Source: an uncultured Desulfurococcaceae archaeon
GTDB taxonomy: Archaea > Thermoproteota > Thermoprotei_A > Sulfolobales > NBVN01
DNA: 64,000 bases
Assembly (NCBI GenBank): GCA_964627805.1
Contig: CAZVLA010000023.1
Location: 1,993 to 65,992 of the forward strand
Direction: 5' to 3'
Shown here one piece after another: positions 18,514-28,777 of the stretch; within the stretch, counting starts at the first letter, position 1; each line of letters starts with the position of its first letter. The translations under genes were made by a program, and so were the position numbers. The notes beneath the pieces were generated by a model that worked only from the letters and a program-made list of their open reading frames with translations, was not told where the DNA came from and did no database searches.

Positions 18514-19427
18514 GAAGCACCACCTACTAACCTATTATAAAGTGTTAGTAAGTCACCCGTCCTCTCCTCAACTAACTCAATACCGTACTTACTTAGGTAC
18601 TCCTTAACTCTACGCACTACATCACTGGAGCCTTCAATAACTAACTCATTACCCTTAATACTTACGCCCTCGACCTCGTAGGTACTCATTAGATCCGTCA
18701 CTAACCTCCTTAACTCAATACCCTTAGGTACTCTAAATACTGCCCTAACACTTAATTTAGCCTCCCTAACCAACTCAGTAATCCAACCCTCAGCAACTAT
18801 GACCCCCTTAGATATGATTATTAAGTAATCTAGGATCTCTTGAGCCTCAGCTAGTATGTGGGTTGATAGTAGTATGGATACCCCGTAATCCTTATTGAGG
18901 TTCTTAATGAGTTCGTAAAGCTCACTCCTAGCTCCAGGGTCTAGGTTAGCTGCTGGCTCATCAAGTATTAGTAGCTTAGGCTCACCAATCATAGCTAATG
19001 CTAGAGCTACTCTCTGCCTGTAACCAGCTGATAACTTACTAGCTACCTTACCCATAACACCCTTAATGCCGACTAACCTAGAGACCCTACGTACCTCACG
19101 CTCAGCACCACTACCTACCTTAAGCTTAGCTACGTGCAGTAGTAACTTCCAGACCTTAACTGATGGGAACTGAGGTACCTCAGGTAGGAAGCCTGTCAAC
19201 GCCCTAACACGCTCCGGCTCCTCCCAAGGGTCGTAACCAAGTACTGATACGGTCCCGTAGTCCCTCCTTAGAGCACCTATAGCTATCTTAAGCGATGTTG
19301 TCTTACCAGCACCGTTAGGACCTACTAAACCGGCTACGCAGTTCTTAGGTACCTCAAACGTAGCGCCCCTAAGTGCTTGGGTACTATCGTAGGACTTAAC
19401 CACGTCCTCAAACTCTACAACACCCAC
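18510..19427 (-). CDS. ABC transporter ATP-binding protein (exporter type)
   Basis: Walker A GPNGAGKTT, signature LSAGYRQR, Walker B LILDEP, H-loop STH. Confidence 0.93.
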   Translation of the reverse strand: MGVVEFEDVVKSYDSTQALRGATFEVPKNCVAGLVGPNGAGKTTSLKIAIGALRRDYGTVSVLGYDPWEEPERVRALTGFLPEVPQFPSVKVWKLLLHVAKLKVGSGAEREVRRVSRLVGIKGVMGKVASKLSAGYRQRVALALAMIGEPKLLILDEPAANLDPGARSELYELIKNLNKDYGVSILLSTHILAEAQEILDYLIIISKGVIVAEGWITELVREAKLSVRAVFRVPKGIELRRLVTDLMSTYEVEGVSIKGNELVIEGSSDVVRRVKEYLSKYGIELVEERTGDLLTLYNRLVGGAS

Positions 19428-19834
19428 TGAACCACCTCCACTCCCCTACCGTAGCTGTTCTTGAAAAACTAAGTTAATGTGAGTAGTTCTGAACTGCCTG
19501 TGTAGAGGCGTTCACGTTACGTAACTTAAAATTCCATCATTAGGGATCGTGGCTTAAGGCATTTTTAAAGGTATTTTTACTTCACTAAGTAATGCATCCA
19601 TAGATCACTAAGTCACCACTGGATTACTTACTGAAATTAATTAAGTGAAAACTTAAATCACGCACTTAATTAAGGAAAAATTATTTACCTTCAACTAGGA
19701 AGTACCTAATGGTTGTAGTCATGAACACTTCAGTACTTAAGTTAATGAGTAATCGGTTGTTTAAAGGTACCCTCACCTCAATACCCGTTAAGCACGATCG
19801 CTTAATCCCGTACTTAATTACTGGTGCTTAGAGG

Positions 19835-20323
19835 GTGTTGAGTACGAAGTACGTACTAGTAATTACGAGGGAGAGGTGTGACGCATGCATGGAGTGTGTC
19901 TACGCGTGCTCATTAAGGAAGTACGGAGTGATTAAGTCCGATCACTCGTTAATTAGGGTCATTAAGCCCTCAGAAGTTAGTGAATTATCTGATGTCGTAG
20001 TGTGTAGGCACTGCGACCCAGCACCATGCATTGAGGTTTGTGAGTTCGGTGCCTTAAATAGGGATGAGGTTAGTGGTGCTGTAGTACTTAATGAGGAGTT
20101 ATGTACTTCATGTAAGGCATGCCTAGCTGTGTGCCCATTCAACGCCTTACTCGAGGTAGGTGGTAAGGTCGTTAAGTGTGACTTATGCGGTGGTGACCCG
20201 GAGTGTGTTAAGGTGTGTGATAAGGGGGCTATAACCTACGTTAAGGCATTCAGTAGGGAGTTACTTAGGGTTAAGGAGGTTAGTGAGAGGGTTAAGGAGG
20301 TACTCACCCATAAGTACTCGTAA
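19835..20323 (+). CDS. 4Fe-4S dicluster polyferredoxin (DmsB/HycB/AorA-like electron-transfer subunit)
   Basis: CDACMECVYAC, CRHCDPAPCIEVC, CTSCKACLAVCP, KCDLCGGDPECVKVC. Confidence 0.9.
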   Translation: MLSTKYVLVITRERCDACMECVYACSLRKYGVIKSDHSLIRVIKPSEVSELSDVVVCRHCDPAPCIEVCEFGALNRDEVSGAVVLNEELCTSCKACLAVCPFNALLEVGGKVVKCDLCGGDPECVKVCDKGAITYVKAFSRELLRVKEVSERVKEVLTHKYS

Positions 20324-20355
20324 GTTGAGTAATGTAGTTCATTAGGTGGTGATTA

Positions 20356-21558
20356 TTGAGTAAGGAGTACTCAGTAGTTGTGGTTGGTGGGGGCTTAGCA
20401 GGTACTTACCTAGCCCTAAACCTAATTAGGGAGGGGCTTGAGGGGGGTGAAGTAGCTCTAGTAGCTAATGAGTGGCCACCATATACTAAGCACGTACTAG
20501 TACCTATAGCCTGTGGTGAGGACCCAAGTACGGCTTACCTAGGTGTTAGTAAGGAGTTGATTAAGTCCGGCGTTAAGGTACTTAATAACTGCTTAGCTGA
20601 GGGTATAGACTTAAGTAGGAATGAAGTAAGGGCTAGGTGCGGTAGTGATTACTTAACCATCAAGTTCAAGTACTTAGTAATAGCTACTGGAGGTAAGGCA
20701 TTCATACCACCTATTAAGGGCGTTAACTTAAGGGGCATTACGACACTATACACCCTAGACGACGCTACCTACCTAAGTAAGTTAAGGAGATCAAGTAAGG
20801 TACTTGTGGTGGGGGCGGGCTTAGTAGGTACTTCATTAACTACTAAGTTAATTAGTAGGGGTTTCAGGGTAGGGCTCATTGAGCTTAAGGATCACGTATT
20901 ACCTCAGGTGATTGATCATGAATTAAGTAAGGTAGTTGAGGAGTACTTAAGAAGCTTAGGTGTGGTACTTAAGCTAGGTACGGAAGTCATTAAGTTCGTA
21001 GGTTCAGGTAGGGTTGAGGGTGCCTTACTAAGTAATGGGTTCCTGAGTACGGACGCGGTAGTATTAACTACGGGGGTGAGACCCAATACGGGATTAATTC
21101 AGGGATCAGGTATTGAGTTGAGTGGGGGTGCGGTAGTAATTAATGACTACGGCATGACTTCAGTAAGTAATGTATTCGCGTTAGGTGACTGCGCACTAAG
21201 TAAGGACTTAATAACTGGTAAGTACGTCTACAGGCCCCTAGGCTTCGTAGCCGCCCACTACGCTAAGTTAATACCTAAGTACTTAGTTAGGGGTGAGGTA
21301 GTTAAGGATAGAGGGGTACTACCGACGATTTACGAGGAATTAGGTGGTGCTTACGTAGTTAGGGTAGGGCTTAGTGCTTCAGAAGCTAACTCACTAGGTA
21401 TACCAGCTGAGGTTAGGTGCGGTAAGGAGGGTAACCTACATTACTGCGAAGTACTTAGTTACGGTGACTTAATAGGTTGGGAAGCCGTAGCTACGTCCCA
21501 TCACCACGTAATTAAGTCGTGGATGTACTACAATGAAATAGCGGGTAATTATGGTTAA
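20356..21558 (+). CDS. FAD-dependent pyridine nucleotide-disulfide oxidoreductase family protein
   Basis: GGGLAG (FAD), ATGG, GAGLVG (NAD), TGVRPN, VFALGDCA. Lacks the CoADR/Nox redox Cys at the usual position (PPYTKHVLV). Confidence 0.85.
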   Translation: MSKEYSVVVVGGGLAGTYLALNLIREGLEGGEVALVANEWPPYTKHVLVPIACGEDPSTAYLGVSKELIKSGVKVLNNCLAEGIDLSRNEVRARCGSDYLTIKFKYLVIATGGKAFIPPIKGVNLRGITTLYTLDDATYLSKLRRSSKVLVVGAGLVGTSLTTKLISRGFRVGLIELKDHVLPQVIDHELSKVVEEYLRSLGVVLKLGTEVIKFVGSGRVEGALLSNGFLSTDAVVLTTGVRPNTGLIQGSGIELSGGAVVINDYGMTSVSNVFALGDCALSKDLITGKYVYRPLGFVAAHYAKLIPKYLVRGEVVKDRGVLPTIYEELGGAYVVRVGLSASEANSLGIPAEVRCGKEGNLHYCEVLSYGDLIGWEAVATSHHHVIKSWMYYNEIAGNYG

Positions 21559-21625
21559 TGAATTAATTACTGATGAGAGTAAATTATTTTAAGTTTTGCC
21601 TGCATCAGAGTAAGGTGCCCTAATA

Positions 21626-22345
21626 ATGGTAGTGCCAGCTACTCAAGTAAGTATCGCCTCATTAGAGAGGGGCTTAGGTAAGTTAAAGAATGCAGCACTG
21701 ATAAACATAATATCGATGATATTGCTAGGTGCTTCATGGACATTACTACTACCCATATTGATGAACCCGTCACTATTCACGTCACGTGCAGCCGCGGCAG
21801 TAACTGCGTTAGGTACGTTAATGATATCCGTAGCTGTAGTAATAGTAGGTGCTATACTATCCTTGATATCTATATTCGCATTCCTAGTACCTGCGTTCTC
21901 CTCATTAAGGGAGTATAACCCATCGAGATTCGGTACACCATCAAAGATGATTAAGGTGGGGTATGTAGGGGGCTTCATACTCATAGTAATAGCAGCTATA
22001 ATATTCCTAGCATCAATCGCGGGTGCCGCCTCAAGAGGAGCTACGGCGGCTCATCTAGTATTCGGTGGGGCGATAGTAACGCTTGCTCTAGGTGTCATAG
22101 GCGCCATACTGCTCTTCATAGGTCAGATAGGCGTTATAGTAGGGATGTTTAGGCTGAACGATGAATTACATAAGACCTCACTACTCGTGGCTGGTATACT
22201 ATTCATAATAGGTATCTTCCTAGGGTGGCTTAACTTCATAGGATGGATCCTAGTGTTTGTGGGGGCTAGGTCAGCACTTAATGAGTTAAGGAGTAAGTTA
22301 AGGGCAGGTACTGGAGAAGCCCCTAGTGAGGGCATGCATTTATAA
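21626..22345 (+). CDS. DUF973-family membrane protein
   Basis: GLGKLKNAAL, FGTPSKMIKVGY, IGQIGVIVGMFRL, LVAGILFII...FIGWILV; multi-TM. Confidence 0.7.
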   Translation: MVVPATQVSIASLERGLGKLKNAALINIISMILLGASWTLLLPILMNPSLFTSRAAAAVTALGTLMISVAVVIVGAILSLISIFAFLVPAFSSLREYNPSRFGTPSKMIKVGYVGGFILIVIAAIIFLASIAGAASRGATAAHLVFGGAIVTLALGVIGAILLFIGQIGVIVGMFRLNDELHKTSLLVAGILFIIGIFLGWLNFIGWILVFVGARSALNELRSKLRAGTGEAPSEGMHL

Positions 22346-22398
22346 CTGCATTAGTGATTACGTAGTAATTCATTGATTATTTTTAATGGAGAAACACC

Positions 22399-23109
22399 TC
22401 AGCGTAGAGTCCCGAAGGCTCTATCCCCAGCATCACCTAGTCCAGGAACTATGTATCCCCTACTATTCAGTTCTGGGTCGATAGCTACGGTAAACACGTG
22501 GGCTTCGGGGTACTTACTAAGTACCCTCCTAATACCGTACTCAGTAGATATTACTGAGGCTATGAATAACCTCTTAGGCTTACCATACTCTAGGATCTTA
22601 GGTATTATAGCTAACATAGTAGATCCCGTAGCTAGCATTGGGTCGGCAATGATTACGGTATCCTCAGACTTAATCCTAGGTATTTTAATGTAGTTAAGCT
22701 CGATCTCGAAGGACCTACCGTTAGTAACTCCCTCCTCAATCCTCCTAGCACTAACTACTCCCTGCCTAGCCTTAGGGAATATCTTAACTAACCCCTCAAC
22801 TAATGGCATGGCGGCCCTCAAGACAGTAATTATTACTACGTAGTCCATGTCCTTAATCACGAAGCCCTTAGCCTTAACACCTAATGGGGTCTCAACCTCA
22901 ACTACCTCACCATCTAAGTACTTAACCATTTCTAAACCAATTACCCTACCTAACCTAACTAACCCCTTCCTAAAGTCTATCTGCCCAGTCCTCCTATCCC
23001 TAAGCGTAGTGAGTATTGCTTGAGCGTATGGGTGGTCAATAACGTGTACCCTATCCCTTAAGTCCTTAGGTACTTCAGTATGTACTAACCCCTCCAACAG
23101 TACCCACAA
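22399..23109 (-). CDS. upp: Uracil phosphoribosyltransferase
   Basis: LTTLRDRRT...FRKGLVRLG, VLRAAMPL, ADPMLATGST, YIVPGLGDAGDRAFGT. Confidence 0.96.
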   Translation of the reverse strand: MWVLLEGLVHTEVPKDLRDRVHVIDHPYAQAILTTLRDRRTGQIDFRKGLVRLGRVIGLEMVKYLDGEVVEVETPLGVKAKGFVIKDMDYVVIITVLRAAMPLVEGLVKIFPKARQGVVSARRIEEGVTNGRSFEIELNYIKIPRIKSEDTVIIADPMLATGSTMLAIIPKILEYGKPKRLFIASVISTEYGIRRVLSKYPEAHVFTVAIDPELNSRGYIVPGLGDAGDRAFGTLR

Positions 23110-23225
23110 AGACGGACTTACTAACCCTTTTAAAACTGACGTTAATTAAGTGTGTAGCGTTAATGAGTGATTACAGTAATTTATTTTTACTCTTGAGTAT
23201 ATTGGTGCGTTGGTGAATCCCTATT

Positions 23226-24650
23226 GTGTTGCGTGTGTATAATACGTTAACGCGTCAGTACGAGGTCTTCAAACCTATTAAGCCAGGCCTTGTTAGGATG
23301 TACGTATGCGGCCCTACAGTATACGATTACAGCCACTTAGGGCATGCGAGGACTTACGTGGCATTCGACGTTATTAAGAGGTACTTAAGACTTAAGGGCT
23401 ACGACGTAATACACGTTCAGAACATAACGGACATAGATGATAAGATCATTAATAGAGCTAGGGAGGAGGGAGTTACTTGGAGGGACATAGCTGATAAGTA
23501 CATAAGAGACTACCTAGAGAGTATGGAGAAACTAAACATTAGGGTAGACATACATCCTAGAGTCTCTGAGCACATAAGGGACATTATAGAGTTCATTCAG
23601 GACCTAATAGATAAGGGCTACGCGTACGTAGCACCAAGCGGTAGTGTGTACTTCGACGTAGATAAGTACCCAGACTACGGGAGGTTAAGTGGTAGGTTAA
23701 GTAAGGAGTTATGGGGTCAGGAGGAGGAGTTCCTAAAGGAGAAGAGGAACCCCTACGACTTCGCGCTTTGGAAGGCAGCTAAGCCGGGAGAGCCTTGGTG
23801 GGAGTCACCGTGGGGTAGGGGGAGGCCTGGATGGCATATTGAGTGTTCAGTAATGAGTTCTAAGTACCTAGGGGATCAATTCGACATCCATGGAGGTGGT
23901 CAAGACCTGATCTTCCCGCATCATGAGAACGAGAGAGCTCAGAGTGAGGCTAGGTTCGGTAAGTCACCATGGGTTAAGTACTGGCTACATACGGGGCTAT
24001 TCAGATTCGCTGGTGAGAAGATGAGTAAGTCACTAGGTAATATAGTAACTCTTAGGGAGGCATTTAAGAAGTGGAGACCTGAGGTTATTAGGTTATGGTT
24101 CGTAGTTACGCACTACAGGAAACCCATGGAGTTTAGTGAGGAGAGTATTAAGCAGGCTGAGAAGTACTTCAGAAGGTTAGTAAGTACGGTTGAGACCCTT
24201 AAGAAGTTACTTAGGGAGGTAGGTCCTGACTACTCATTAAGTGACTCAGATATTAAGTTAATGAATGAGTTAATCAGTATTAGGGAGGGGTTCTACGAGG
24301 CTATGGATGACGACTTCAATACTAGTAAGGCGTTTAGTTACGTGTATAGACTAACTACCTTAGTGTTTAAGGAGCTAGTGAGTAGGCCTAAGTACGTACT
24401 ACTTACTAGGGTCTACATGATGCTTAGGGAGTTTAATGAGGTTCTCGGAGTACTTGATAAGTACTTCGTAGGTGGTGAGGGTAGGGAGGAGCTAATCACT
24501 AAGTTAATCGACTTAATAGTAAGTACGAGGCAGGAGTTAAGGAGGATGAAGATGTACGAGCTATCCGATAGGATTAGGGCTGAGCTTAAGTCGTTAGGTA
24601 TTAGGGTTATGGATTATAGGGATAGGAGTGAGTGGGTTTTTGAGGGTTAA
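23226..24650 (+). CDS. cysS: Cysteinyl-tRNA synthetase
   Basis: [18 protein letters not shown] (HIGH), [48 protein letters not shown]. Confidence 0.98.
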   Translation: MLRVYNTLTRQYEVFKPIKPGLVRMYVCGPTVYDYSHLGHARTYVAFDVIKRYLRLKGYDVIHVQNITDIDDKIINRAREEGVTWRDIADKYIRDYLESMEKLNIRVDIHPRVSEHIRDIIEFIQDLIDKGYAYVAPSGSVYFDVDKYPDYGRLSGRLSKELWGQEEEFLKEKRNPYDFALWKAAKPGEPWWESPWGRGRPGWHIECSVMSSKYLGDQFDIHGGGQDLIFPHHENERAQSEARFGKSPWVKYWLHTGLFRFAGEKMSKSLGNIVTLREAFKKWRPEVIRLWFVVTHYRKPMEFSEESIKQAEKYFRRLVSTVETLKKLLREVGPDYSLSDSDIKLMNELISIREGFYEAMDDDFNTSKAFSYVYRLTTLVFKELVSRPKYVLLTRVYMMLREFNEVLGVLDKYFVGGEGREELITKLIDLIVSTRQELRRMKMYELSDRIRAELKSLGIRVMDYRDRSEWVFEG

Positions 24651-24931
24651 TGAATCAGTACCATAATGTACGAGGCAGTAATTACTAGTGACGTTATGAA
24701 GATCATTAGAGCTTCCTTAACACTACCTAACCTCAAGTACTCAACACCTAACGTAATTAGTGAGGCTATGGGTGAAGCCACTATAATGTAGAGACCTAAT
24801 GAAGTTATACGTAACTCATTAATACCTAGTAAGTACTTAATTAACTCACCTAAAGCAGTAATTACTAAACCTAAAGCAACACCTATCCTAAGGACCTTAG
24901 GTGATGCCTTAGCTCTCACTAACTCACCCAC
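24647..24931 (-). CDS. Small membrane protein (DUF1634-like), TauE partner
   Basis: Three TM helices; [13 protein letters not shown] pattern; coupled downstream of tauE. Confidence 0.55.
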   Translation of the reverse strand: MGELVRAKASPKVLRIGVALGLVITALGELIKYLLGINELRITSLGLYIIVASPIASLITLGVEYLRLGSVKEALMIFITSLVITASYIMVLIH

Positions 24932-25710
24932 CTCATTAATGAAGTAATTACTAATTGAGTAGATACGTAGAGGAGTATAGCTGAGAAGATTAGCTTAACG
25001 TACCTAGTCCTTAACCTACCCATTAACTTAGCACCTAAAGTAGCTCCCGGAACTATACCTAGAGCTAGTGCTAGAGCTAGTAATGGGTTAGGTAGTCCGT
25101 GGATTAAGTAGGGTAGCTCACCAGCTGATGCAGTTAAACCAACCATTAATGAGCTAGTAGCTACGGCTACCTTCATAGGTACCCTAAGTACTAGATTCAT
25201 TATCGGTACCTTAACAACACCACCGCCTATACCGAAAGTACCTGAAGCTAACCCAGCTAGGAAGGAGAGAGTAGCACCTACTAACCTACGTAATGGTGTA
25301 GTACCTCCGTAGGTACCCTCAACACCCCTACCAACACCCTTAATTACTGACTTAATCATAGTTAATGATACGTAGAGAAGGAGGATACCCAACGCGAACT
25401 TAATCATGTGCGGAGGTAGCGTCAGCGTTATGTACGCACCAACAACAGCTCCTAAGGCAGTAGTAGGTTCTAAGTTACTTAACGCCTTAACATCGATCAA
25501 GCCCTCCCTCAAGTACACACTAGCGGCTGAGGATGAGGTTATTACTACGCATAGTAAGCTAGTAGCTACAGCTACCCTAACGTCAATACCTAACCCCAGT
25601 ATTAGGAAAGGTATTACTAATACACCACCACCTACACCAGCCATAGCAGATACTAACCCAATCCCGACACCACTAACCAGTACTAGAGGTATCAGTAACT
25701 CACTAATCAC
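24919..25710 (-). CDS. Sulfite exporter TauE/SafE-family protein
   Basis: Internal repeat GVGGGVLVIP / GIGGGVVKVP, AVATSL twice, about 8 TM helices. Confidence 0.9.
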   Translation of the reverse strand: MISELLIPLVLVSGVGIGLVSAMAGVGGGVLVIPFLILGLGIDVRVAVATSLLCVVITSSSAASVYLREGLIDVKALSNLEPTTALGAVVGAYITLTLPPHMIKFALGILLLYVSLTMIKSVIKGVGRGVEGTYGGTTPLRRLVGATLSFLAGLASGTFGIGGGVVKVPIMNLVLRVPMKVAVATSSLMVGLTASAGELPYLIHGLPNPLLALALALGIVPGATLGAKLMGRLRTRYVKLIFSAILLYVSTQLVITSLMRWVS

Positions 25711-25757
25711 TACGCACCACTAAGAAGTAGACGTAGTAAGTACTGAAATAGGTAGTG

Positions 25758-26525
25758 TTAGGTGTGGGTCTTGAACTGTATTATGTCTTCATCATAGATA
25801 CTGACTAACCTACCATTACCTAAGTCAATGAGTAAGGACCCGTCATAATCAATATCAACGACCACACCCTCAACAACACCCTCACTCTGAGTAGCTACTA
25901 CGACGTACCTACCTATAGTCTCTAAGTACTTCCTAACCCTAGATACTACGGACCTTAATCTCCTACGTACTAAGTCGGCGTAAAGCTCATCGAAGTACCT
26001 AAGTATTAACTCAAGTAACTTAGACCTACTCACTGGCCCCACTAAGTCCTTAATAGATACTTCATTACTCCCTAGGGATGAGGGTTCATTATTCACGTTA
26101 ATTACTGAATGGACTATGATTGTATGTGGCGATACGTAATTACGTGGTAACTCGATTGAGACCCTACCTAATAACCTATCAGCGTGAACCAAATCACCAG
26201 GCCACCTAACCCTAGCCTCTAAACCCGATAATTCCTCAATGGACCTAGCTATTGAAGAAGCCATCATTAACTTAATAAGTACTAAGCCCCTAAGTTCTGA
26301 TGGCTTAAGTATTAATGCGTACTCAAGCACACCCTTAGGGCTCCCCAGCACTTCGTCGGTGAGTATTAATGAACCCTCAAGACCTCCCCTCTCAACTACA
26401 TCCTCAGCCTCACTAACTACGGAGGAGCATTCAGGTAGGTATATCATCCAGTAATTAAGTACTGAGCACTTAATACAGCCTCTCCTAGCTAGCTCAAGCA
26501 ACTCATTAGTACCTGCATTACTCAA
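25758..26525 (-). CDS. Biotin-protein ligase (BirA/BPL)-fold protein, apparently catalytically degenerate
   Basis: Collinear with archaeal BPL (IYLPECSS, SPKG, RVRWPGD, INVNN, EGVVVDIDYDGSLLI), but the GRGRxGRxW loop is missing and the catalytic Lys (KxxGxL) is replaced. Confidence 0.7.
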   Translation of the reverse strand: MSNAGTNELLELARRGCIKCSVLNYWMIYLPECSSVVSEAEDVVERGGLEGSLILTDEVLGSPKGVLEYALILKPSELRGLVLIKLMMASSIARSIEELSGLEARVRWPGDLVHADRLLGRVSIELPRNYVSPHTIIVHSVINVNNEPSSLGSNEVSIKDLVGPVSRSKLLELILRYFDELYADLVRRRLRSVVSRVRKYLETIGRYVVVATQSEGVVEGVVVDIDYDGSLLIDLGNGRLVSIYDEDIIQFKTHT

Positions 26526-26550
26526 TACTACCTACCCTATAATTTAATTA

Positions 26551-28023
26551 TTACCTCTCCCCCCTTAACTCCTTCTCAACAAGAGATATTATGGGGGCCA
26601 TCCCCCTTAACTCCCTACAGAACCTCCTTATTCTCTCGGAGGATATATCAAATACGTACGGTGACTTAAGGAACTCAAGGTCGTAGATAGCGTTACCGTC
26701 CTCACCCTTCCTACTCATCCTAATAACTACGTCACTTAACTCAGCGAGTAATGGGTGCTCACCACGCTTAATACCTAAGAACCTAATAGCGGTTACACCG
26801 AATGCTCTATCCATTAACGTGAACATGTAGAACAGCTTATTAACCGCTCTTAACCTATCACCTAGTAACTCGTAATACACTCTAGTATCCGGCATTATGA
26901 CTAAGTCAGGTCTGAACCTCTCAACTTGAGTTAATGCCTCGCCGAAGACCTCAGTTATTGGTTTAGACAGTACGTCCCTAACCTTAATACTTACGTACTT
27001 CCTAAGTAACTTAGTAGCTTCACGCACGTCAATACCTAACCTACTAGATACTGTTAGGGACATCATCAACTCGAGCTTTTCAGGGTCTAGGGATACTGTA
27101 GTTATTAATACCTTAGACTTAACCTCTAAGGCCTTACACACTAAGTAATTAGTTACTCTAAGTGGTATGTCGGAACCTATTGGGTAGGTAATCAGTATTT
27201 GAGTACCCTTAGGTACAGGGCCTAAGAATGACTTAAGGACTGAATCAACTTCAGCCCTAATACCCCTCCTCTCATGCTTACGTAGTATCGAGAATATTGA
27301 TGGAGTAGGCACTACAGCTAATACCTTATTAGGTACTATCGAGAACGGCAGTTCGTATATGGGTAACTTCCTACCCCTAAACTTCCTAACTTGAATCCAC
27401 CTTGAGTGAAGCCCACCCTCATTCCTTAACCTAACAACCAATACCGCATCAGCTATGAATTCAAGACCCCCTAACCTAACGTAGCTCTCACCATAAGGTA
27501 GGTCAGCTATCAATACCGTGACGCCGTCGCTGCTAGATACGAACTTGTATATACCTGAGTGAAGCACTGCTCTGCGGTCAACCTCCTTTTCGAATGACTG
27601 CAAAAGCGGTGTTATGCTATCAATGACTACTATATCCGGTGAGAACTCAGCTGTGTCTTTAGCTAATCCCGTAGTGAAGTAATCTATAATGAATTCACTA
27701 TTGAGTGTGGGTACCTCAACGAACTTAAATAACCCCTTAAGCTCGAGCGACTTAAAATCAAGTCCTAACCCCTTCATGAATTTAAAGTACTTCTCCTTAG
27801 TCTCGGCTAAGCTAATGTATAGTGCCTTAACACCCCTAGTAACCGCGTTCCTGTAAATCATTAATGACGTTAAGGTAGTCTTACCAGCTCCTGGGTGACC
27901 ACTGATTAGTATTAGTGACGACCTACCTATAGGACCTAGTAACTCATCAAGTTCCTTAACACCCCAACTGATTAAGCCATGCCCAGCGCCTTTCCTGACC
28001 AATACTAAGCACTCCTCCAGCAC
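26551..28023 (-). CDS. Second KaiC/RecA-superfamily ATPase with a degenerate C-terminal domain
   Basis: SWGVKELDELLG, Walker A GHPGAGKT, VVIDSIT, LEFIADAVLVV, QVRKFRG; the second domain has no Walker A. Confidence 0.85.
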   Translation of the reverse strand: MLEECLVLVRKGAGHGLISWGVKELDELLGPIGRSSLILISGHPGAGKTTLTSLMIYRNAVTRGVKALYISLAETKEKYFKFMKGLGLDFKSLELKGLFKFVEVPTLNSEFIIDYFTTGLAKDTAEFSPDIVVIDSITPLLQSFEKEVDRRAVLHSGIYKFVSSSDGVTVLIADLPYGESYVRLGGLEFIADAVLVVRLRNEGGLHSRWIQVRKFRGRKLPIYELPFSIVPNKVLAVVPTPSIFSILRKHERRGIRAEVDSVLKSFLGPVPKGTQILITYPIGSDIPLRVTNYLVCKALEVKSKVLITTVSLDPEKLELMMSLTVSSRLGIDVREATKLLRKYVSIKVRDVLSKPITEVFGEALTQVERFRPDLVIMPDTRVYYELLGDRLRAVNKLFYMFTLMDRAFGVTAIRFLGIKRGEHPLLAELSDVVIRMSRKGEDGNAIYDLEFLKSPYVFDISSERIRRFCRELRGMAPIISLVEKELRGER

Positions 28024-28152
28024 TAACCCGCTAAGGTAGCCGAAAATAGTTAGGGTTTAGTACTTAGTAAGGAGCTCTGGAGTCGATTTAACGTAGTTAG
28101 TAGTGAGTACTTCAACTAATTCAGTAGGTAATGAGTTGCGGATTAGGGTAAG

Positions 28153-28157
28153 AAAAA
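28153..28157 (-). terminator. Candidate oligo-T terminator after the low-complexity protein operon
   Basis: TTTTT on the minus strand, 16 nt past the stop at 28173. T5 runs are rare inside genes here. Confidence 0.35.
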
Positions 28158-28172
28158 CATTTCGATTCGGGG

Positions 28173-28532
28173 TCACTCACCCTCCTCCTTACCAAGCATC
28201 CTCCTTAACTCCTTAATTCTCTCCTCAACACCCTTAAGCTCCTCCTGAAGATCCCTTAGATCCTCCTCAAGCTCACGCTTATACTCCTCAAGCATCCTCA
28301 ACTCCTCCTCGGGTGTCGGCGGTGATGGTGGGTACGGAGGTACGTAGTAAGGCATCGGTGGTGGGTAGTACTGAGGCATTGGTTGGTAGGGTTGCTGCTG
28401 AGGTTGTTGACTCTGCTGACTAGCCTGCTGAGGTGGTGGTTGCTGAGTCCATGGTGGAGGTGGCGGTGGTATGTAGTAGGGTATGAACCACCCCCTCCTC
28501 CTTAACCACCACGGCGGGTAGTAGGGATACAT
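28173..28532 (-). CDS. Pro/Gln/Tyr-rich low-complexity protein with C-terminal coiled coil (DUF5320-like tail)
   Basis: YYIPPPPPPWTQQPPPQQASQQSQQPQQQPYQP... then EEELRMLEEYKRELEEDLRDLQEELKGVEERIKELRR. Confidence 0.75.
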   Translation of the reverse strand: MYPYYPPWWLRRRGWFIPYYIPPPPPPWTQQPPPQQASQQSQQPQQQPYQPMPQYYPPPMPYYVPPYPPSPPTPEEELRMLEEYKRELEEDLRDLQEELKGVEERIKELRRMLGKEEGE

Positions 28533-28774
28533 TACTTACTCACCCCACTACTTACTAACTTAGGTAGTGATTCGTAAGTCTTAGCCATAGCCTCAATGCT
28601 CTTCCTCCAAGCATCAATGAATGCCCTGTAAACCTCCATATACATCGTTAGGTAGTAGTAACTAAGTACCCAAGACCAAGTACTCCACATTAGGTAGGTA
28701 GGGTCGGGTAGTGGTGTTAGTGGCGGTACCCCCACATAGGGTGGGTAGTACGGGTACGGGGGTACCCAGCTCAT
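28532..28774 (-). CDS. Small Pro/Tyr/Trp-rich protein with C-terminal amphipathic helix
   Basis: MSWVPPYPYYPPY...; RBS GGTGAG; TAATG overlap with the downstream gene. Confidence 0.7.
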   Translation of the reverse strand: MSWVPPYPYYPPYVGVPPLTPLPDPTYLMWSTWSWVLSYYYLTMYMEVYRAFIDAWRKSIEAMAKTYESLPKLVSSGVSK

Positions 28775-28777
28775 GAC

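Noticed and set aside
21570-21608. CTGATGA followed by CATCAG
   Set aside because: No D box at guide distance; only a 6-bp inverted repeat.
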